Positions 35,856-42,969 of a stretch of DNA of 64,000 bases are shown piece after piece. The stretch spans positions 608,001-672,000 of the forward strand of contig CAVZJB010000003.1 in assembly GCA_963775425.1 (NCBI GenBank), in the 5' to 3' direction. Below the pieces are notes generated by a model, which ran no database searches, had not been told where the DNA came from, and was given only the letters and a program-made list of their open reading frames with translations. Position 1 is the first letter of the stretch, and every line of letters starts with the position of its first letter. Made by a program: the position numbers and the translations under genes. Origin of the DNA: an uncultured delta proteobacterium (GTDB taxonomy: Bacteria > Myxococcota > UBA727 > VGSZ01).

Positions 35856-35942
35856 GGCGGCATCCTACGCCCACGTCGCCTTGGGGCGGGCGGCGTTGCG
35901 CGCAGTCTTTCGCTGGTCACGGAACAGGGGCAGAATGCGGGC

Positions 35943-36350
35943 ATGACCGAAACGAAGACCGGCCCCGATGCTCGGCAGCATGTGCGCGCGCCCATCGAGC
36001 TCAAGGTCGAGTACAAGAAGATGAACACGTTCTTCAGTGATTACACGAAGAACATCAGCAAGGGGGGGACGTTCATCAAGACGGACCGCCCGCTGAAGGT
36101 AGGCACGGAGTTCGTCTTCAAGCTCTTTGTTCCCGCGCAGGAGGAGCCCTTCACCCTGCGGGGGCAGGTCGCCTGGGTGAACACCGAGACCGAGTCCCAG
36201 CGCCCCGAGATCGCCGAGCGCGGCATGGGCATCAAATTCCTCTACGCCGACGACGCGCAGAAGCAGCGCTTCGAGGGCCTCGTCGAGGACATGATGAAAG
36301 ACGCCCTCGGCGACGTCGTCTACAAAAAGCTCCTCGAAAAGACGCGGTAA
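35943..36350 (+). CDS. TIGR02266-type PilZ domain protein (PlpA-like)
   Basis: RQHVR (RxxxR), NISKGG (NxSxxG), GMGIKF. Confidence 0.88.
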   Translation: MTETKTGPDARQHVRAPIELKVEYKKMNTFFSDYTKNISKGGTFIKTDRPLKVGTEFVFKLFVPAQEEPFTLRGQVAWVNTETESQRPEIAERGMGIKFLYADDAQKQRFEGLVEDMMKDALGDVVYKKLLEKTR

Positions 36351-36352
36351 TT

Positions 36353-36419
36353 GCGCGCTTCGCGCGCGAGCAGCCGGGCCCTCCGGGCCCCCCCGCGCTT
36401 CGCGCGGGTCCCCCCCGGC
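36353..36419. repeat. REP-like/terminator-like GC hairpins (GCGCTTCGCGC)
   Basis: gcgcgcttcgcgcgc at 36353 and cccgcgcttcgcgcggg at 36392, right after the PilZ stop. Confidence 0.5.
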
Positions 36420-36564
36420 TTGGGCGATCGCCTTGTCGGGCCCGCTCGCGGAGCTCGCGCTTCCGCGAGAGTCGTGCCGTGCGCCGAGATGACGCGGGTC
36501 GATCGCCGCGGCGAAGTCCGGCCTCGCAGCGGACTGCGGCGGCCGACTTCGCCGCGCCTCCCGT

Positions 36565-37155
36565 TTCGGGGCTTGTCGTTGTCGCTCGCGCGCGGCCGCG
36601 TACCGGGCTCGCCGCCGTCGCTCGCGCGCGGCCGCGTACCGGGCTCGCCGCCGTCGCTCGCGCGCGGCCGCGTACCGGGCTTACCGGGCTCGCCGCCGTC
36701 GCTCGCGCGCGGCCGCGTACCGGGCTCGCCGCCGTCGCTCGCGCGCGGCCGCGTACCGGGCTCGTCGTCGTCGCTCGCCCGTACCGGGCTCGCCGCCGTC
36801 GCTCGCGCGCGGCCGCGTACCGGGCTCGCCGTCGTCGCTCGCGCGCGGCCGCGTACCGGGCTCGCCGCCGTCGCTCGCGCGCGGCCGCGTACCGGGCTCG
36901 TCGTCGTCGCTCGCCCGTACCGGGCTCGCCGCCGTCGCTCGCGCGCGGCCGCGTACCGGGCCCGCCGTCGTCGCGCGCGCGCGGCCGCGTACCGCTCGCC
37001 GCCGTCGCTCGCGCGCGGCCGCGCACCGGGCTCGTCGTCGTCGCTCGCGCGTACTGGGCTCGCCGCCGTCGCTCGCGCGCGGCCGCTTACCGGGCTCGTC
37101 GTCGTCGCTCGCCCGTACCGGGCTCGCCGCCGTCGCTCGCGCGCGGCCGCGTGCC
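36565..37155. repeat. Intergenic minisatellite of ~17 mixed 36-bp and 28-bp units
   Basis: A=gggctcgccgccgtcgctcgcgcgcggccgcgtacc; B=gggctcgtcgtcgtcgctcgcccgtacc. Confidence 0.95.
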
Positions 37156-37401
37156 GGCGTCGCGCGCGCGTCGGGCGGGGCGGGCACGCGTCGGCGGGGG
37201 CGGCGGCGGGGCCCGTGCGCCGGCGAAGGAACGCTCCGCCGCCCGGCCCTCGTGGAATCGGGTCTCGGTCTTGCCGGCCGGGCGGCCGTGTCCCGGATCT
37301 CAGGAATCTGTCGTCGTCGATCGCGTCCGGACGCCGTTTCGACGCGCCGCGGCGCTGGCATGTCGGCTGCTTAATGGCGGCGCTTCAGGAGGCACTACGC
37401 C

Positions 37402-37521
37402 ATGCAGCGCTTGATTCGCATCGTCTCGCTCCTCGCCGTCATCTCCGTCGCCGCCGCCGGCCTCATCTCCGTCGCCGGCTGCCCGGCCGCCGAGGGCGAA
37501 GGAGAAGGCGAAGGCGAGTAG
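37402..37521 (+). CDS. 39-aa micro-lipoprotein (not in the ORF track)
   Basis: AGGAGG at 37387-37392; MQRLIRIVSLLAVISVAAAGLISVAGC-PAAEGEGEGEGE*; lipobox VAGC. Confidence 0.65.
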   Translation: MQRLIRIVSLLAVISVAAAGLISVAGCPAAEGEGEGEGE

Positions 37522-37801
37522 CCCCGCCGCTCCGCGCGCCTGACGTTGCCGCCGGCAGCGTCGGGCGCGCGCGACCACGCTCGCCCCGCGCCGTCGGCCG
37601 CCCGCGCGCCGTCGACGTGCGCGCCGCCGCGCTCGACGAGGGTGGCCTCGCGCCGGCGTCGGCCGCGCCGTCGACGTGCACCACCGCGCTCGACGGAGGC
37701 GGCCTCGGGCCGGCCGCGCGCCGCTGCGGCTGCGCCTCAGAGAAGCCGACGTCGACGACGCCCGGCCGCTCGCGCCGTCGGCCCGGCCGCTCGCGCCGTC
37801 G

Positions 37802-37876
37802 GCCCGGCCGCCGAGGCCGAAGGCGAGGGCGAAGGCGAGCAGCCCCGCCGCTCCGCGCGCTTGACGTGCCGCCGGC
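37802..37876 (+). repeat. Degenerate direct duplicate of 37481-37556 (3' end of the micro-lipoprotein gene)
   Basis: gcccggccgccgag..gaaggcgag(C/T)agccccgccgctccgcgcgc.tgacgt; preceded by a 21-bp tandem duplication at 37761-37802. Confidence 0.8.
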
Positions 37877-38262
37877 GCTGCGCCGCGCGGAGCTCTTCGT
37901 CGTGGCTCTTCGTCGCGGCTCTCCGACTCCGGCCCCGTCCGCGACATCGAACAGCGCCGATCCCAAGGACGCAGGCTCGTCCCCCGCGCCGGGAAGACCC
38001 GGGGTGTCCACGGCCCTCCGGCTCGAGGGGCTGGGCTCGTCCCCCACGCCGGGAAGACCCCGTCGGGCCCTACAGGTGCTCGAAGGCGCGATCGCCCCGA
38101 TCGAGCACGGCGGCGCCGTGGACGTTGGCCGTGCCTCCGATGCGCCCCACGAGGGGGCGCCCTACGGCCGCAGCGCGTGCGTCGTCGATGCGGCGCGTTC
38201 GGGCCCGCATCGAGCGCCGTTGCTCGGGAACGCCCGAAGGCGCGGCGTTCACCGACGAACGT

Positions 38263-38307
38263 CGTCACGCTGTGAAACCGTCACGCTGTGAATCGTCACG
38301 CTGTGAA
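38263..38307. repeat. Three tandem 14-bp boxes CGTCACGCTGTGAA
   Basis: Perfect copies at 38263, 38279 and 38294; each contains the TCAC-N3-GTGA dyad. Confidence 0.9.
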
Positions 38308-38320
38308 TGTCGCGCTGACA

Positions 38321-38668
38321 TCACTCGAGCGGCGATCGCGTCCACGTCGCGGCTTCGAGCGCGGCGATGGCCGCGGCGACGTCGGCCGCGCGCCACAGCA
38401 CGCGCCCCGGCTTCTTCCAACGCTCGACGTCCTCGGGGACCCAGCCGCGGCCCGCCGCGAGCGCCTCCTCGGACTCCCGCGCCAAAGCCTCGCGGTCCTG
38501 TGCAGCGACCTCGAGCACCCGCAGCGCAAAGCCGCCCTCGTCCGCCTGCAGCACCGCCTCCGCAGCGCCCCGCCCGAGCACCACGGGCAGCGCGGCGGCG
38601 CCGCGATCGCGCAGCGCTCGCACGACCTCGGCGCGCGAAGGCGTCGCCAGCGGCGCGCCCGGCATCAT
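38321..38668 (-). CDS. Hypothetical protein coupled to ffh
   Basis: TGATG overlap with the ffh stop; 115 aa; GC3-biased codons. Confidence 0.6.
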   Translation of the reverse strand: MMPGAPLATPSRAEVVRALRDRGAAALPVVLGRGAAEAVLQADEGGFALRVLEVAAQDREALARESEEALAAGRGWVPEDVERWKKPGRVLWRAADVAAAIAALEAATWTRSPLE

Positions 38669-40245
38669 CAGCGGCGGCTCTTCTTGCGCGCCGCCTTCTC
38701 GGCCTTGCGCTTGGCCTTCTTGTCCTTGGCGGCCTTGCCGCCGCCGGCCGCGCCGGCGCGCGTCGTCGAGTAGTAGCCCGGCGGCGGCGCCAGCGGCTTG
38801 TTGCCCTGCGCGCCGAACGGGTTCACGCCGCCGAACAGCGAGCTCATGTCCGCGGGGCCCGCGCCGCCGAGCCCCTTGGCGAGCCCGGCCATGTTGCGGA
38901 AGCCGGGCATGCGCCCGAGCAGCGAGGGCTGCATGCCGATCATCTGCATCATCTGCTTCATCATCGCGAAGCGCTGAAGCAGATCGTCGACGTCCTTCTC
39001 CGAGCGCCCGCAGCCCTTGGCGATGCGCTTCTTGCGCGACTTCTGCTGCGTCACGACGTCGGGGCGGCGGCGCTCCTCGGGCGTCATCGACTGCACGATG
39101 GCCTCGAGGCGCACGAACTCCTTGTCGTCGATGCGCTGGCCCGCCGTCAGCTCGCTCATGCCCGGGATCTTCTCGAGCAGCGAGCTCACCGAGCCCATCT
39201 TCTTTACCATCTTCAACTGGTCGAGGAAGTCCTGCAGGGTGAGCTTGCCCTGCATCATGCGCATGGCGTCCTGCTCGGCCTTGTCCTTGTCGACGACGTC
39301 CTCGAACTGCTTCACGAGGCCGACGACGTCGCCCATGCCGAGGATGCGCGAGGCCAGGCCGTCGGGCCTGAACTCCTCGAGCTTGTCCATGGTCTCGCCC
39401 ATGCCGAGGTACTTGATGGGCTTGCCCGTGATGGCCTTGATCGACAGGGCCGCGCCGCCGCGCGCGTCGCCGTCGAGCTTGGTCATGATGAAGCCGTCGA
39501 TGTCCAGGCGGCGATCGAACTCCACCGCCGTGCGCACCGCGTCCTGGCCGGTCATGGCGTCGACGATGAGGACGATGTTGTCGGGCTTGGTGAGCGACTT
39601 TATCTGCTCGAGCTCGCTCATGAGCTCGTCGTTGATGGCGAGCCGGCCCGCGGTATCGAAGAGGCAGACGTCGCACTGCCACTCCTTGGCCTTCTGCAGC
39701 GCGCGCTTGCACAGCTCGGGCGGCGCGACGCCGTCTTCGTGAAAGAACCTCACGTCGAGCTGCTCGGCGAGCACGCGGAGCTGCTCGACGGCGGCGGGGC
39801 GGTAGATGTCGGCACCCACGAGGAGCGGCCGGTGCTTCTGCCGCTTGAGCATCGACGCGAGCTTGCCGGTGGTGGTGGTCTTGCCCGTGCCCTGCAGGCC
39901 CACCATCATGATGGAGCCGACGGGCTTTTGCAGCCGGATGGTCGTGTCCACCGGGCCCATCAGGTCCACGAGCTCGTCGTAGCAGGACTTGATGAAGTGC
40001 TCGGCCGGCCCGAGCTTCACCTTCTGGCCCTTCTTGTCCTTGCCCTCGACGGTGACGGTCTGACCGAACGCCGCCTCCTTCACCTTGGCGAGGAAGGTCT
40101 TCACGACGCCGAGCTCGACGTCCGCCTCGAGGAGGCTCAGGCGCACCTCGCGCAGCGCCTCGTCGGTGTTCGACTCCGTCAGCTCCGCTTGACCGGAGAG
40201 GAAATTGCGCGCCTGCCTGAACCCCTTGGAGACCGTCTCGAGCAT
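38668..40245 (-). CDS. ffh: Signal recognition particle protein
   Basis: LLEADV, GLQGTGKTTT, DTAGR, TKLDGDARGG, RILGMGD, Met-rich M domain. Confidence 0.97.
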   Translation of the reverse strand: MLETVSKGFRQARNFLSGQAELTESNTDEALREVRLSLLEADVELGVVKTFLAKVKEAAFGQTVTVEGKDKKGQKVKLGPAEHFIKSCYDELVDLMGPVDTTIRLQKPVGSIMMVGLQGTGKTTTTGKLASMLKRQKHRPLLVGADIYRPAAVEQLRVLAEQLDVRFFHEDGVAPPELCKRALQKAKEWQCDVCLFDTAGRLAINDELMSELEQIKSLTKPDNIVLIVDAMTGQDAVRTAVEFDRRLDIDGFIMTKLDGDARGGAALSIKAITGKPIKYLGMGETMDKLEEFRPDGLASRILGMGDVVGLVKQFEDVVDKDKAEQDAMRMMQGKLTLQDFLDQLKMVKKMGSVSSLLEKIPGMSELTAGQRIDDKEFVRLEAIVQSMTPEERRRPDVVTQQKSRKKRIAKGCGRSEKDVDDLLQRFAMMKQMMQMIGMQPSLLGRMPGFRNMAGLAKGLGGAGPADMSSLFGGVNPFGAQGNKPLAPPPGYYSTTRAGAAGGGKAAKDKKAKRKAEKAARKKSRR

Positions 40246-40355
40246 GGCCCCGCTGTAGCGGCTCCCCCGTCGTCGAACAAGGTCCGCCGTCGGCCGCCCG
40301 CCCGATTCGGCGGGGGGCGCCCCGTGCCATGTGCCGGGGTTTGCTGGAGGGCGGC

Positions 40356-41123
40356 ATGGCTCGCGACACCGGTCCCATCCTGCTGACGACGGGGGAGTTC
40401 GAGCTCCTGACCACGCGCGACTTCGGCGCCGGTCCCATCGTGGTCCCCGCCTCGAGGGCCTCCTGGCTGCTCGTCGGGCTGGCCGTCGCCGTCGGCGCCG
40501 TCGCCTGCGCGGTGCTCGCGTTCGATCGCTCGGCCAAGGTCGACGACACGGTCCGGCTCGAGCTCGCCAACCACGCCGTCGAATACGAGCTGACGGCGGC
40601 CAACGCCGAGATCCGCGCCACCGACGAGCGCGTCAAGGAGCTCGAGGTGGACAGCGTCGCCCTCGCCCGCCTCCGTGCGGCCGACGCCGACCGCGTCGCG
40701 AGCGCCACGCGCCTCGAGCGCGCGTTCGGCCACGAATTCCGGCGGGAGATCCGCAACGGCGACGTGCGGGTGATGCGCGACGGCGCCCGGGTGACGGCGC
40801 GCTTGTACGACTGGGCCGTGGTCGACGAGGACGACGACGACGTCAGCGTCCGCGGCGTGGACCTCCTCATGCGCGCCGGCGAGGTGCTCGCCTCCGAGGA
40901 CGCCCGCGGCCGCGCCGTCGACATCGTCGCCTACACGGACGACCGGACCCAAGACCCGTGGGCCACGACGGCGGCGCGGGCGGCGTCGGTGGTGGCGTTC
41001 GTCGGCGAGAACACCGACCTGGATCCGGGCCGCCTGTCGGCGGTGGCGCGCGGGACGTCGGATCGCATCAGCAGAAACCGGGCCCGCAACCGCCGCGTCG
41101 AGCTCGTCGTCGACTTTGACTGA
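40356..41123 (+). CDS. OmpA/MotB-like membrane protein (divergent)
   Basis: GGAGG RBS; single TM segment; coiled coil; AYTD, ARAASV, NRRVEL. Confidence 0.72.
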   Translation: MARDTGPILLTTGEFELLTTRDFGAGPIVVPASRASWLLVGLAVAVGAVACAVLAFDRSAKVDDTVRLELANHAVEYELTAANAEIRATDERVKELEVDSVALARLRAADADRVASATRLERAFGHEFRREIRNGDVRVMRDGARVTARLYDWAVVDEDDDDVSVRGVDLLMRAGEVLASEDARGRAVDIVAYTDDRTQDPWATTAARAASVVAFVGENTDLDPGRLSAVARGTSDRISRNRARNRRVELVVDFD

Positions 41124-41904
41124 AAGTCTGACGAAAAAGGCTCGTAGCAGCACTCGGCGAAGCCGCCCACAAGGTGGCTCGCCGCGCGGAGTACGTGGGG
41201 CCCTGTACGGGTCCAGCCGTGGATCAGGCTTCTGGTGCTTGCGGCGATCGCCGGCCCCGCGCGGCCGAGGTGGCGGGATCACGGGCAGGATCCCGCGGCG
41301 ATCGAGCTCCTTGACGTCGTCGCGGTTGAAGTGGTTCGCGTCGGCGAGCACCACGGAAGGCGCGCGGCCGAGACGACGGACGACGTCGTCTTGCATAGGC
41401 AGGACGCTGCGCATGTCGCTGCCGACGTTCGTGACGCGCACGCCGACGATGGACCGCGGTCTTCTTCCCTACGACGCCGAGCTGGATGTTGTACGCAGGC
41501 CGGAAGCCGCCGTCGGCCATCTTCATCACGCGTGCGTCCTTGTCCGTCGTCGAGGCCCGCACCTCGCGACCGTCGCTCCCGGGCGGCAGCTTCTTGAGCG
41601 TCTTGATCGCGTCTCGACGCGCCGCTTGTAGTCACGCGCCTTCGCGGCGCGGGCCGCGTGCGCCGCGAAGGCGATCTCCGGATTGTCGGCATCGGCGAGC
41701 ACCGCATCTTGGCGCGCAAATGTCGCTGAGTTGCGAAGTGCTTGGGCGCTCGGAATCAGCGAAGGCTAGACAACGTCGCCACCGCCGGAGCTCCTTTCCG
41801 CTCCGCCGTGTGGCCGTAGCACCGTCCCCTTCCGGGTGGCTCGGATCAACGGTCCATCCCTCGCCGCCACTCGCGGCGCTCTCGATGACTTACGCGTCAG
41901 CCTC
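41124..41904 (-). mobile_element. Internally deleted IS1182-family-like element (copy 1)
   Basis: Imperfect terminal IRs aagtctgacg/cgtcagcctc; frameshifted transposase pieces; end segments shared with 61641-62107. Confidence 0.78.
41200..41710 (-). pseudogene. IS1182-like transposase fragments
   Basis: RASTTDKDARVMKMADGGFRPAYNIQ and VTNVGSD...VLADANH in different frames. Confidence 0.8.
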
Positions 41905-41996
41905 TGGGCGGACGAGCGCGCGTCGCGCGGCAGCGTGGCCGCGCTCCGGCGGGCCCCCGTGGCGCGCGCGCGCGCGCTCGTGAGACAACCCCCTCG

Positions 41997-42944
41997 GTGA
42001 CGGCGGCGATCGCTCCTCTGCTCGGCGGGCTGTTCCTCGTGCTCGCCGTGGGCGCGCTCCTGCGCTGGCGCGCGGGCATGGGAGCGCGCGAGGCGGACAC
42101 GCTCAACCGGCTGATCATCGACGTCACCATGCCGGCGCTCCTCGTGCACGTGTTGTCCACGCGCGACTTCGTGTGGCACGCGGGGCTCGCGCTCCTGGCG
42201 TCGACGGTGGGCCTCGTGGTGGCCGGCGCCCTCGGCTTCGTCGTCGCTCGGCTCGCGGGCGCCGACCGGCGCGCCCAGGGCGCGGCGCTCCTCACGAGCG
42301 CGTTTTCGAACACGGGCTTCCTCGGCTTCCCGCTCATCCTCGCGGTGTTTCATGGTGACGCCGCGGCGTCGTCCACCGCCCTCGTCGTCGACACCGTCGA
42401 CACCACGCTGCTGTTGTGGACCCTCGGCCTCGCCGTCGCCCAGAACCTCGGCGACGGCTCCCGCCGGGCCGGCGTCCGCGGGCACCTGATGGTCACGCTG
42501 CTGGCCTTCGCGCGGCCCATCACCGTCGCCCTCGCGCTCGGTCTCCTCCTGCGCGGGACGCACGTCGCGCTGCCAGGCTTCGTCGACGGCGCGCTGGCCT
42601 CCCTCGGCGCCTGCACCACGCCGCTCGTGTTCCTCGCGCTCGGCCTTCAGCTCGATCCGAAGGCCATCCGCGGCCGCGTGTCGCTCGTCGCCGGCGTCGC
42701 CGCCATCAAGCTCGCGGTGGCCCCGCTGGTGGCGCTCGCCGCCGTGCGCGTCCTGCACGTCGCGGAGCCGGCGGCGTCGGTGGCGGTGCTCGAGATCGGG
42801 ATGCCCTCGGCGATGGCGTCGGTGATCGTCGCGGCCCGCAGCGGCTGCGACCGCTCCCTCGCCGCCGGCGTCGCCACGCTCGCGACGGTGGCGTGCGTGG
42901 CGACGCTGCCGGCGCTCGGCTGGCTCCTCGACATAACGCGCTGA
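41997..42944 (+). CDS. AEC (auxin efflux carrier) family transporter
   Basis: About 10 TM segments; VTMPALL, SNTGFLGFP, IKLAVAP, MPSAM. Confidence 0.88.
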   Translation: MTAAIAPLLGGLFLVLAVGALLRWRAGMGAREADTLNRLIIDVTMPALLVHVLSTRDFVWHAGLALLASTVGLVVAGALGFVVARLAGADRRAQGAALLTSAFSNTGFLGFPLILAVFHGDAAASSTALVVDTVDTTLLLWTLGLAVAQNLGDGSRRAGVRGHLMVTLLAFARPITVALALGLLLRGTHVALPGFVDGALASLGACTTPLVFLALGLQLDPKAIRGRVSLVAGVAAIKLAVAPLVALAAVRVLHVAEPAASVAVLEIGMPSAMASVIVAARSGCDRSLAAGVATLATVACVATLPALGWLLDITR

Positions 42945-42969
42945 TCGCGCCTCGGGCATGGCCGTCGAG

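Noticed and set aside
36565-37155. 36-bp repeat array as a CRISPR array
   Set aside because: Units are head-to-tail with no unique spacers, and there are no cas genes in the window
36232-38291. Long ORFs over the repeat island (36351..38291, 36479..37414, 36232..37026)
   Set aside because: Arg/Ala/Pro-rich translations that switch register at the 28-bp units; no RBS or codon bias; open only because the DNA is GC-rich
37519-40386. Stop-codon readthrough of the micro-lipoprotein into ORF 37546..40386
   Set aside because: Same frame, but the downstream translation is low-complexity and mostly antisense to ffh; no recoding signal seen
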